Below are positions 9,391 to 18,102 of a stretch of 64,000 bases of DNA, piece after piece; within the stretch, counting starts at the first letter, position 1; every line of letters starts with the position of its first letter. Source of the stretch: Desulfobacterales bacterium. Lineage in GTDB: Bacteria; Desulfobacterota; Desulfobacteria; Desulfobacterales; SG8-13. Location: the NCBI GenBank assembly GCA_051155755.1, contig DAXETY010000042.1, forward strand, positions 20,367 through 84,366. Reading direction: 5' to 3'. The notes beneath the pieces are model-generated. The model was not told where the DNA came from. It saw only the letters and a program-made list of their open reading frames with translations, and did not search any database. The position numbers were made by a program, and so were the translations under genes.

Positions 9391-9472
9391 GTCATCCCCG
9401 CGTAGGCGGGGATCTCGAGTTTAATAGACTGTTATTACATTGTTTTCTGGATTCCCGCTTTCGCGGGAATGA
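9391..9472. repeat. MITE/REP-like element: two inverted copies of a 24-nt hairpin motif flanking an AT-rich core
   Basis: Left arm GTCATCCCCGCGTAGGCGGGGATC (9391-9414). The right arm, reverse-complemented, is GTCATTCCCGCGAAAGCGGGAATCC (9449-9472). Each arm is itself an 8-bp hairpin, and the C/T difference is compensated by G/A in the partner strand. Confidence 0.6.
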
Positions 9473-9508
9473 CAGATTTTGATGAAATTGGGACTTTTTA
9501 CGAACGCA

Positions 9509-10471
9509 TCAACCTTTGCGCTTTTTGACTTCTTCGGTGATCTGGGGCACCACCTCGAAGAGATCGCCCACGATGCCGTAATCCGCTTTGGAGAAGATGG
9601 GTGCTTCCGGGTCCTTGTTGATGGCCACGATGACCTTGGACGAAGACATACCGGCCAGATGCTGAATGGCGCCCGATATCCCGCAGGCGACATACAGGTT
9701 GGGGGACACCACTTTGCCGGTCTGTCCGACCTGATCGGAGTGGGGGCGCCAGCCCTCATCCACTGCGGATCGCGAAGCGCCCACGGCTCCGCCCAATGCC
9801 TCCGCCAGTGCTTCTATCACCGCGTAATCGTCCCCGCCCATACCGCGGCCACCGGATACGATCACGTCGGCCTCGGTCAGCTCCAGGCGCTCGGCCTCCA
9901 GGGTTTTGTCGAGAATGGTCAGACGACTTGCGCCCGGGTCGATGTCCCGTTTTTCCACGGCGGCATCCCGGGCCGTTTCAACAATGGGGGCCGCATTGGG
10001 TCGTAGTGCCACAATCTGGGGGCTGCCGCTGAGCGCCACGTCGGCCAGCACCTTGCCGCCATACATGGGTCGAACGGCGACGATGGCCTCTCCTTCCACC
10101 CGCACGGCGGTGCAGTCCATGGCCAGGGCGGCTTCCAGCCGGGCGGCCAAACGGGCGGCCAGATCCTTGCCCTGGGTGGAAGCACCCAGGATCACAACCG
10201 ATGGTTTTTGCTCGGCCACCAGCGCGGCCACCACCGTCGTGTACACATCGGTGCGATAATCCGCCAGCGTGTCATGATCGACCACCAGCACGCGATCGGC
10301 GCCGTAATTTCCCAAAGAAGCGGCGGCAGCTTCCATGCCGGATCCCAGCACCACCGCCGTCAGATCGGTCCCGAGACCGTCGGCGATGCGCCGGCCTTCC
10401 GACACCGATTCGAAGGTCACTTTCCGAAACGCTCCGTCTCTTTGTTCCGCAATCGCAAATACCGTCATCAC
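9509..10471 (-). CDS. etfA: Electron transfer flavoprotein subunit alpha
   Basis: 320 aa. The C-terminal FAD-binding region (VSGGRGMG...LGGAVGASRSAVDEGW...QVGQTGKVVSPNLYVACGISGAIQHLAGM) is diagnostic of EtfA. Confidence 0.9.
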   Translation of the reverse strand: MMTVFAIAEQRDGAFRKVTFESVSEGRRIADGLGTDLTAVVLGSGMEAAAASLGNYGADRVLVVDHDTLADYRTDVYTTVVAALVAEQKPSVVILGASTQGKDLAARLAARLEAALAMDCTAVRVEGEAIVAVRPMYGGKVLADVALSGSPQIVALRPNAAPIVETARDAAVEKRDIDPGASRLTILDKTLEAERLELTEADVIVSGGRGMGGDDYAVIEALAEALGGAVGASRSAVDEGWRPHSDQVGQTGKVVSPNLYVACGISGAIQHLAGMSSSKVIVAINKDPEAPIFSKADYGIVGDLFEVVPQITEEVKKRKG

Positions 10472-10581
10472 TAGTCTCCAATACTATCGGAATCGATTTG
10501 ATTCGATCTGTTGCCGCTACACCGCCGCTCCGGGCAATCCGGGCGGACTTGGGCCCATTCGCCCCGGCGGCGGGCCGGCGC

Positions 10582-11364
10582 CTAAATCACTTTAGCCTCC
10601 TCGGCCAGCAACCGCACCAGCTCGGCGGCTTTTTCCCCGGCGCTTTCGCCTTCGATGAGGCGTCCGCCCTTGCGTTCCGGCGGCGGTTTCAAGGCCACGA
10701 TGCGGGTTTTCGGCTCGCCCAGTGTCGCGGCGTCCAGTCCGATATCCGCCAGTGATTTGACGGCGAGCGGTTTTTTCTTGGCCTTCATGATGCCCGGCAG
10801 CGACGCATACCGGGGTTCGTTCAAACCCCGCTGGGTGGTAAACAACACCGGCAGTTCGGATTCGATCTCCACAGTGCCGCCTTCGATGGTGCGCCGGCAG
10901 CGTATTTTGCCGTCGACGATTTCCTGCCGGTTGACAATTGAAATGTTGGCAATCCCCAACGCCTCGGCCACGGCGGTGCCCACCAGGAAATTATCGTCGT
11001 CCACCGCCCGTTGACCGGCAATAATCAGATCATAGGGCATCTGGGTCAGGGCCGCTGTCAGCACTTTGGCGATCTGCAGCCCGTCACAGCCCCGGGTGGC
11101 CTCGTCATTGATCAAAACGCCCTCATCGGCCCCCATGGCCAGAGCCGTTCGAACGGCCTCGGTGGCCTTATCCGGGCCGACGGTGAGAATGGTCACCTTT
11201 CCGCCTTGCGCCTCTCGAATCCGAAGGGCCTCTTCCACGGCAAATTCGTCATACGGGCTGATCACCCACTTCAGATCGGCGGTTTTGATGGACACGCCAT
11301 CGTCGGCGATTTGAATGGCCGACTCCGTCGCAGGCACCTGTTTGAGTAAAACCACGATTTCCAC
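10582..11364 (-). CDS. etfB: Electron transfer flavoprotein subunit beta
   Basis: 260 aa. MEIVVLLKQVP...ISPYDEFAVEEALRI...LIIAGQRAVDDDN and the C-terminal arm are typical EtfB features. It lies upstream of etfA. Confidence 0.9.
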   Translation of the reverse strand: MEIVVLLKQVPATESAIQIADDGVSIKTADLKWVISPYDEFAVEEALRIREAQGGKVTILTVGPDKATEAVRTALAMGADEGVLINDEATRGCDGLQIAKVLTAALTQMPYDLIIAGQRAVDDDNFLVGTAVAEALGIANISIVNRQEIVDGKIRCRRTIEGGTVEIESELPVLFTTQRGLNEPRYASLPGIMKAKKKPLAVKSLADIGLDAATLGEPKTRIVALKPPPERKGGRLIEGESAGEKAAELVRLLAEEAKVI

Positions 11365-11550
11365 AGCTCAAATCCTTTCCGATGTCGATAGGTTAATCAA
11401 ATTCCACCAGTGGGTGTTTCCACGGTTCGAACGTTACGGGGCAGATTGGCAAACGATACGGACAACGCCTGTCAATCGCCGGAAGAGACGGTGGCCGGTA
11501 CGAACGGACACCGGATAACCATTTTATTTGAGTGGATATTCAACCCGGTC

Positions 11551-11579
11551 AAACTACCCGAGGATGTCAGGCTTGTCAA
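11551..11579 (-). promoter_or_regulatory. Candidate sigma70-type promoter for etfBA (TTGACA-17 nt-TAGTTT)
   Basis: The minus strand reads TTGACAagcctgacatcctcgggTAGTTT, about 185 nt upstream of the etfB ATG. Confidence 0.3.
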
Positions 11580-11612
11580 GAAAAGCGTCAGTCTGCAGCG
11601 GCCTCGCCGGGC

Positions 11613-12647
11613 TCAAGGCGCCGACCGTTCGAAGAAACCGGATGAGTGCACATCCCGGTAGTTGCCATCCGCTGCGCCCACAATCACCAACGCCTCCACG
11701 TTTGGCAACGATTCGATCATCGGCAAGCCTTGGGTCGGTCCCATTACCATCAGGGCCGTAGCCAGCGCGTCCGCCAGGGTGCAGCTGTCGGCGGTCACGG
11801 TTACGCTGACCACCCCGTTGGTCACCGGGCGGCCGGTGCGCGGATCGATAACATGCGCGTAGCGGCGGCCGGCTATCTCAAAAAAATTCCGGTAATCTCC
11901 GCTGGTGGCCATGGCACGATCCGACAAGGCCGCCACCCGGTATACCGCGTCCTGAGGCGCATCGGCTTCCGGCCGATTCACCCCGATTTTCCAGGGTCCG
12001 CCGTCTTTTCGCCGGCCGGCGGCATAGACCTCGCCGCCGATTTCCACCAGGAAGTTTTTATAGCCGCTTTCCTTCAACAAAACGGCAACCTGATCCACGC
12101 CGTATCCCTTTGCGATCGAAGCCAGGTCAAGTTGGACATCGGCATCCCGCTTGGCCAGGACCCGGTCTTCAAAAAGGGTGATACGGTCGAAGCCCACCCG
12201 GGCCAGGGCCGCCCGAATCGCCTCCGCAGACGGAATTCCCTCCGGCGGACCCATGCGGCCGAATCCCCAGAGTTCCACCAGAGGTGCCACAGTCGGATCC
12301 CACGCCCCTCCGGAAAGGCGGTGTACTTGCTCGGCCACCTGCATGACGCGGCTGAAGTCATTTGAAATCGGAAAGCGTTCGCCGACCCGACCAAATCGAT
12401 TGAAGCGGCTGATTTCGCTGTCCTGCCGGTAGGTGGACATGCTTTGGTTGATCGCTTCCAGCCGTCGATCGATGCGTTCCTTCAGGTCGGCGGTGCTCGG
12501 CAGGGAAACAGCCACCACCTTGACCGTGTAGGTGGTGCCCATGGTATTGCCGGTCATCCGATATTCGGTGGGCCCGCAACCGAATATCACGGTCAGGAAA
12601 ATGCTGGTGCCCAGACACGCTGATAAAAAAAAAGATGTACGATTCAT
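11613..12647 (-). CDS. apbE: FAD:protein FMN transferase (ApbE family), probable lipoprotein
   Basis: 344 aa with a signal peptide that has a lipobox-like IFGC. ApbE hallmarks are present (MGTTYTVKV, DLASIAKGYGVD, ATSGDYRNFFE...HVIDPRTG). The start is 6 nt after the hypE stop. Confidence 0.85.
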   Translation of the reverse strand: MNRTSFFLSACLGTSIFLTVIFGCGPTEYRMTGNTMGTTYTVKVVAVSLPSTADLKERIDRRLEAINQSMSTYRQDSEISRFNRFGRVGERFPISNDFSRVMQVAEQVHRLSGGAWDPTVAPLVELWGFGRMGPPEGIPSAEAIRAALARVGFDRITLFEDRVLAKRDADVQLDLASIAKGYGVDQVAVLLKESGYKNFLVEIGGEVYAAGRRKDGGPWKIGVNRPEADAPQDAVYRVAALSDRAMATSGDYRNFFEIAGRRYAHVIDPRTGRPVTNGVVSVTVTADSCTLADALATALMVMGPTQGLPMIESLPNVEALVIVGAADGNYRDVHSSGFFERSAP

Positions 12648-12653
12648 AAGGGC

Positions 12654-13667
12654 TTAACATATCCGCGGCAGCTGTTCTCCGGTGAGCATGTCGACGATGC
12701 GCTCACCGCCGATGCGGGTCTGCATGAGCACCCGGCTAGGATGCTCCGCTACCACTTCACCGATGACGGCGGCATCCCGACCGAGGGCATCCGCCCGCAT
12801 CGCCGCCAGTACCGCATCGGCTGCATCCGGTGCCACAAAGGCAAGCAGTTTGCCCTCATTGGCCAGGTAGAGCGGGTCGAATCCGAGCAGCTCGCACACG
12901 CCGTTGACTTCGGGTTTAATGGGAATCTGCGTCTCGAAGACGCGCACGCCGACCTGGGATTTTTCGGCGATTTCGTTCAAGGCAGTCCCGATCCCACCGC
13001 GAGTGGGATCCCGCAGCACATGAATCCGGCCGGCGGCGGCATCGAACATGCGGGCCACCATGTGGTTCAGTGGGGCACTGTCGCTGGTCAGCCGGGTTTC
13101 GAATTCAAGGCCCTCGCGCTGGGTCAGTATGGTGATGCCGTGATCGGCCATGGTTCCGCTGACCAGGATTCTGTCGCCGGGCTTCGCCCGGGTGCTGCCG
13201 ACCCGGATGCCTTCGGGGATCCAGCCGAATCCGGATGTGTTGATAAAAATGCGATCCACCGCGCCCCTGGGCACCACTTTGGTGTCGCCCGTAACCACGG
13301 TGACGGCGGCGGTCCGGGCGGCCTGCCCCATCCGCCGCAGGATCGCCTCCAGATCCGACATCGGAAATCCTTCCTCGATGATCAATCCGACACTGAGATA
13401 CTTGGGCACACCGCCGCACATGGCAATGTCGTTCACCGTGCCGTTGATGGCCAGGTCGCCGATGCAGCCGCCGGGGAAAAAGATGGGATCGACGACATAG
13501 GAATCGGTGGAAAAGGCCAGTCGCCGCCCCTCCAATTCCAGGATCGCACCGTCATTGAGCTCGGCCAACACCGCATTGTCAAAAATCGGCAGCAGCAGGT
13601 CCGCCGTAAGGCGATGGGCCACCTTGCCGCCGCTGCCGTGATCGAGCATAATTCGGTCGTCAGTCAT
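12654..13667 (-). CDS. hypE: Hydrogenase maturation protein HypE (carbamoyl dehydratase)
   Basis: MLDHGSGG N-terminal motif, AIR-synthase-like fold and the invariant C-terminal PRIC. The ATG at 13667 overlaps the hypD stop by 8 nt. Confidence 0.92.
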   Translation of the reverse strand: MTDDRIMLDHGSGGKVAHRLTADLLLPIFDNAVLAELNDGAILELEGRRLAFSTDSYVVDPIFFPGGCIGDLAINGTVNDIAMCGGVPKYLSVGLIIEEGFPMSDLEAILRRMGQAARTAAVTVVTGDTKVVPRGAVDRIFINTSGFGWIPEGIRVGSTRAKPGDRILVSGTMADHGITILTQREGLEFETRLTSDSAPLNHMVARMFDAAAGRIHVLRDPTRGGIGTALNEIAEKSQVGVRVFETQIPIKPEVNGVCELLGFDPLYLANEGKLLAFVAPDAADAVLAAMRADALGRDAAVIGEVVAEHPSRVLMQTRIGGERIVDMLTGEQLPRIC

Positions 13668-14781
13668 GGTCTCGTTTCGCAATTCCGGTCGACGAAGTGT
13701 CATAGCGGTAATAGGCTGCGCAGGTCCCCTCGCTGGAAACCATACAGGGGCCCACCGGATCCACCGGCGTGCAGACCGTCCGGTACAGGGGGCATTGGGG
13801 CGGAATCTTGGTGCCGATCAGAATTTCTCCGCAGGCGCAGCCCCTGGGCTCGACTGCCGGTGCGACATCCAGCGCAAAAGCCCGGCGGGCGTCGTGGGCG
13901 GCATATCGCTCACGGATGCTCAAACCGCTGTGGGCAATGGTTCCGATCCCGCGCCAGTTCGCATCCGACACTTCGAAGACCGCGTCCATGATCTTGCGGG
14001 CGGCCGGATTGCCTGCGTCGGTGACGGCCCGACCATAGGCATTTTCCAGGAGCGGGGCCCCGGTTTCGATCTGCTCCACCAGCAAACCGATGCCGCGCAG
14101 CAGATCGACCGGCTCGAATCCGGCCACGACAGAGGGAACCCGGTGTCTTTCGAAAAACGCGCGGTACCCGTCCAGACCGATGATCACCGACACGTGCCCG
14201 GGCAGCAGAAAGCCGTCGATGCCGACGTCACAAAGGGACATGAGCGCTTCCAGGGCCGGCGGCACCAGTTTGTGGGCCGAATAGACGGAAAAGTTTTCGA
14301 CCCCGGTTTGGTCGGCGGCCTGGATCGCGGCCGCAATGGTCGGCGCCGTGGTTTCGAAACCTACCCCGGGAAACACCACCTGCTTGTCCGGATGCTTGCG
14401 GGCGATTTCCAGCGCATCCAGTGTCGAATATACGATGCGCACATCCCGCCCGTTGGACCGTTCGCGCTGCAGGGAACTGCCCGAACCAGGGACCCGCATC
14501 AGATCACCAAAGGTCGTTAAAATCACATTGTCCTGCCGAGCCAGCGCCACGAATGCGTCGATTTCGCCCTGGGCGGTCACGCACACCGGACAGCCCGGTC
14601 CGGACAGCAGGGTTACGGTCTGCGGCAGCAGAGAACGGATCCCGCTGCGAAAAATCGAAACCGTGTGGGTGCCGCACACCTCCATCAAACGCACCGGCCG
14701 GGTGCTAATCGAACGGATTTTCTCCGCCAGCGGCCGGGCCAGATCGGCATCGCGATATTCTTCCATATGTTTCAACGCCAT
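13660..14781 (-). CDS. hypD: Hydrogenase maturation protein HypD
   Basis: 373 aa with MEVCGTHT, GPGCPVCV and the C-terminal Cys cluster (GCACGEIL...). Confidence 0.92.
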   Translation of the reverse strand: MALKHMEEYRDADLARPLAEKIRSISTRPVRLMEVCGTHTVSIFRSGIRSLLPQTVTLLSGPGCPVCVTAQGEIDAFVALARQDNVILTTFGDLMRVPGSGSSLQRERSNGRDVRIVYSTLDALEIARKHPDKQVVFPGVGFETTAPTIAAAIQAADQTGVENFSVYSAHKLVPPALEALMSLCDVGIDGFLLPGHVSVIIGLDGYRAFFERHRVPSVVAGFEPVDLLRGIGLLVEQIETGAPLLENAYGRAVTDAGNPAARKIMDAVFEVSDANWRGIGTIAHSGLSIRERYAAHDARRAFALDVAPAVEPRGCACGEILIGTKIPPQCPLYRTVCTPVDPVGPCMVSSEGTCAAYYRYDTSSTGIAKRDHD

Positions 14782-14857
14782 AATTTTGTTCCGCGAGATC
14801 TATTTTTTTCGGAATGTTATCGATTGCCGTCCGAGGGCGGCAGGCCGTCGCCGTTGG

Positions 14858-17146
14858 CTAGCCCTGCCCGAGCATCGCCGCAGCCGCCACGGCCTGGCCC
14901 AGAGAGATGCCGCCGTCGTTGGACGGCACCTGTCGATTGGCAAGCACTTCGAAGCGCGCAGTTTCCAGCGCCGCCGTCAATCCTTCCAACAGGATCACGT
15001 TTTGAAAAACCCCGCCGCTCAATGCGACCCGGTTCAAACCGGTTTGACGCCGCAGATGCCGGCAGAGGTCGGTAAACAGGTCCACCAGGGTCCGATGAAA
15101 CCGGGCACTGATTTCGCCGACCGAGCGGCCGGCCCCGACATCGGCCGCCACGCCCCGGATGATCGGTGCGGTGGGAATCGAAATCGGATCGCCCGCGCCC
15201 CAGTCGAACGGGTAGGCGCCGGTCTGGGCGATCGAACCCTGCGCAGCCATTTCCAGTTCCATGGCGGCCTGGCCCTCGAAGGCCACTTTGTTTCGCAGGC
15301 CCGTGATCGCGGCCACTGCGTCGAATAAACGACCGAGGCTGGAGGTCAACGGCGCATTGACCCGGCGCCGGATCACCTGCTGCAGCACCCCGCGCCGGGA
15401 TGGCTCGACCACCTTCAGAGGCGGCAGGTCCAGCTCCCACATGGATTCCCCGAAAGCCTCGTAGAGATACGCCAGCGCCATGCGCCAGGGCTCCCGGATC
15501 GCCGCAGTCGCCCCGGGCATGCAGACATATCCCAGGTGAGCGGCCCGTTGAAACCATCCGGTGTCGGCAATCAGGACTTCTCCCCCCCAAACGGCGTGAT
15601 CGGGTCCGTAGCCGGTGCCGTCGAAGGCCAGCCCGATAATCGGGCCGTCGAGACGGTGTTCCGCCAGCACGCTGACGATGTGCGCGTGATGATGCTGAAC
15701 GCCGATTTTCGGCAAGCCGTTCTGCTGCCGGGCCCAGCGGGTGCTGAGATAATCGGGGTGCAGATCGTGGGCAACGGCCTGCGGTGAGATTTCCAAAACC
15801 CGCTGCATGTGTGCAACGGTCAACTGGAAGAAATCGTGAGTGGGTGCGTTTTCCAGGTCTCCGACGTGCTGGCTGACGAAAGCCTGACGGTTGCGGGTCA
15901 GGCAGACGGTATTCTTCAGTTCGGCCCCGACCGCCAGTACCGCCGGCTGTTCGTCTTTCAAAAAAACCGGCACCGGGACAAAACCCCGGGAGCGCCGCAG
16001 CGGCCGGGTTTGACCGGCGGCCCGCCGGACAATGGAATCGTCGCTGCGCAGATAGATGTCGCGGTTGTGCACCAGGAAGCCGTCGGCGATCTGCCCCAGT
16101 CTCCGGAAGGCTTCGTTGTTGTCGATGGCGATGGGCTCTTCGCTGAGATTGCCGCTGGTCATGACCAGAGCGGTAAACCCCCCGTCGAGCAGCAGGTAGT
16201 GCAGGGGCGTATAGGGCAGCATGATCCCGAAATAACCGTTGCGGGGCGATACGGACGAAGCGATGGGATTGGGCTTTTTTTTGTGCAGCAGCACGATCGG
16301 ACGCTGGGGACTTTCCAGCAACCGGGCTTCTTCGGCATTGATCTCGGCCAGCTGCCGCGCGATTTCCAGGTCGGCGCACATCAAGGCCAGGGGCTTTTCC
16401 TCCCGGAGTTTGCGCAGTCGCAACCTTTGCACCGCCATCTCGTTTTCGGCATCCACGGCCAGGTGAAAACCACCCAATCCCTTGACGGCCATCACGGCGC
16501 CGGCCCGGAGCCGTGTGATGGTTTCGGCGAGGGCATCTGCGGTGTCGACGGCAACTCCCTGCCGGTCGTAAAAGTCGATTTGCGGACCGCATGCCCGACA
16601 GGCGTTCGGTTGGGCGTGAAAGCGACGGTCCATGGGATTGTCGTACTCCGCCTGGCATTGCGGGCACATGCGGAAGTGCTTCATGGAGGTTTTGGGCCGA
16701 TCGTAGGGGATGTCCTCGATGATGGTATAGCGGGGGCCGCAGTTGGTGCAGTTGATAAACGGGTAACGGTAGCGTCGATCCTGCGGATCGAAGAGCTCGC
16801 GCAGACAATCGCTGCAGATGGACACGTCCGGCGAAATCAAAGTGGACATGGCCGCTCCGCCGCGACTTTCGACGATGGAAAAGTCCTTGAAGCCGTTGGG
16901 GGAGGCTTCCTGTCGGCGGATTTCGATAATCCGGGCCAGTGGCGGTGGGCTGCCGGTCAGTTCGGCGGTAAAGTCTTCCACCGCATTCATGGGGCCTTCG
17001 ATATGGATCGTCACCCCCGCAGAGGTGTTGGCCACCTGGCCGCGCAGGTTGTGTCGAAGGGCCAGCTGAAATACAAACGGACGAAAACCGACTCCTTGAA
17101 CGATCCCGTTGATTTCCAGCCTAGTGGCGATTTCCGCATCAGTCAT
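14858..17146 (-). CDS. hypF: Carbamoyltransferase HypF
   Basis: Acylphosphatase-like N-terminus (VQGVGFRPFV), two CxxC-x18-CxxC zinc-finger pairs (CSDCLREL...CTNCGPRY; CPQCQAEY...CRACGP), then YrdC-like and Kae1-like domains. The ATG at 17146 matches family N-terminal spacing better than the TTG at 17191. Confidence 0.92.
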   Translation of the reverse strand: MTDAEIATRLEINGIVQGVGFRPFVFQLALRHNLRGQVANTSAGVTIHIEGPMNAVEDFTAELTGSPPPLARIIEIRRQEASPNGFKDFSIVESRGGAAMSTLISPDVSICSDCLRELFDPQDRRYRYPFINCTNCGPRYTIIEDIPYDRPKTSMKHFRMCPQCQAEYDNPMDRRFHAQPNACRACGPQIDFYDRQGVAVDTADALAETITRLRAGAVMAVKGLGGFHLAVDAENEMAVQRLRLRKLREEKPLALMCADLEIARQLAEINAEEARLLESPQRPIVLLHKKKPNPIASSVSPRNGYFGIMLPYTPLHYLLLDGGFTALVMTSGNLSEEPIAIDNNEAFRRLGQIADGFLVHNRDIYLRSDDSIVRRAAGQTRPLRRSRGFVPVPVFLKDEQPAVLAVGAELKNTVCLTRNRQAFVSQHVGDLENAPTHDFFQLTVAHMQRVLEISPQAVAHDLHPDYLSTRWARQQNGLPKIGVQHHHAHIVSVLAEHRLDGPIIGLAFDGTGYGPDHAVWGGEVLIADTGWFQRAAHLGYVCMPGATAAIREPWRMALAYLYEAFGESMWELDLPPLKVVEPSRRGVLQQVIRRRVNAPLTSSLGRLFDAVAAITGLRNKVAFEGQAAMELEMAAQGSIAQTGAYPFDWGAGDPISIPTAPIIRGVAADVGAGRSVGEISARFHRTLVDLFTDLCRHLRRQTGLNRVALSGGVFQNVILLEGLTAALETARFEVLANRQVPSNDGGISLGQAVAAAAMLGQG

Positions 17147-17206
17147 GCTTGCCTGAGACGGCGGCCGCCGGCGCTCCGATTCGGGCCGCAAGCGACCGCC
17201 GGATGG

Positions 17207-17452
17207 TCACGACGGTTCCGGCGCTTGGCCGCCTTCGGCGAATGCGGCGGCTTCCTTTAGAAGCTGAAGCGATTCGCGGGCCGTGGCTTCGTCGATTTTG
17301 TGCAGGGCAAAACCGGCGTGAACGATAACCCAATCGCCCACCGCGGCATCCTCCAGCAGCAGCAGACTGCAGGTGCGTATCACGCCGTCCACGTCAATGG
17401 TGGCCATGCCCTGGTCGATCTTCGTAATTTTGGATGGAATTGCCAGGCACAT
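17207..17452 (-). CDS. hypC: Hydrogenase maturation chaperone HypC/HupF family
   Basis: 81 aa starting with MCLAIPSKI, the invariant N-terminal Cys2 motif. Confidence 0.9.
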   Translation of the reverse strand: MCLAIPSKITKIDQGMATIDVDGVIRTCSLLLLEDAAVGDWVIVHAGFALHKIDEATARESLQLLKEAAAFAEGGQAPEPS

Positions 17453-17455
17453 CGG

Positions 17456-17953
17456 TTAATTGGAAACCTTTCTGTAAGTAACGCCCAGATTTTCGAGCTC
17501 ATCGAGCACCATCGCAATCACCGCTTCGACGCGCGCCTCGGTGGTGGGGGTCAGATCGAGGCACAGCGTTTCGATGTCCTCGGGTTCGATTCCGATGATC
17601 ACCGGCTCCGGAACATGATCCAGGGCCTGGCACAGCGTCAGAGCCTCCAGGAAATCCACCTGGTGCAGTGAATTCTTGGCCCGGATCCGGTTCGGCACCG
17701 CATCGCCCTCGATCCGATACAAATCGCCCGGCTTTCCCCGGTTGCGAATCGCATCCACAACGATCAGGTGCTTGGGCTGGGATATGACACCCAGCAGATT
17801 GACACCCAGTACCCCGCCGTCCACGAGCAGCACCTCGTCCGGAAACTCATAGCGCGCCTGCATGCGCTCGATCACCCGCACGCCGAACCCTTCATCGCTG
17901 TAGAGTGTGCAACCGATGCCCAGTACCATAATTTCCGGCGGTGGCGTATGCAT
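17456..17953 (-). CDS. [NiFe] hydrogenase maturation endopeptidase (HyaD/HybD family)
   Basis: VLGIGCTLYSDEGFGVRV...LLVDGG...LIVVDA...HQV matches the family. It lies directly after the large subunit gene. The start is uncertain (17953 or 17929). Confidence 0.85.
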   Translation of the reverse strand: MHTPPPEIMVLGIGCTLYSDEGFGVRVIERMQARYEFPDEVLLVDGGVLGVNLLGVISQPKHLIVVDAIRNRGKPGDLYRIEGDAVPNRIRAKNSLHQVDFLEALTLCQALDHVPEPVIIGIEPEDIETLCLDLTPTTEARVEAVIAMVLDELENLGVTYRKVSN

Positions 17954-18102
17954 GAACCTGAACGGTCCTCTCGATGATCTCGTCAATTACACTACAAAAT
18001 AAAACCGGTTTGGCCGTTTTCAATCGGGCAAACCGGAAATCGCAAAAGCCAAAACGATGTTCGTTCCGGCCCCCTGAAACAGGGGGCCGGAACGAATCGA
18101 TA

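Noticed and set aside
14817-16808. 663-aa same-strand alternate-frame ORF inside hypF.
   Set aside because: Its composition is dominated by R/P/G/A with no motifs. The hypF frame carries the acylphosphatase, zinc-finger, YrdC and Kae1 signatures across the same interval.
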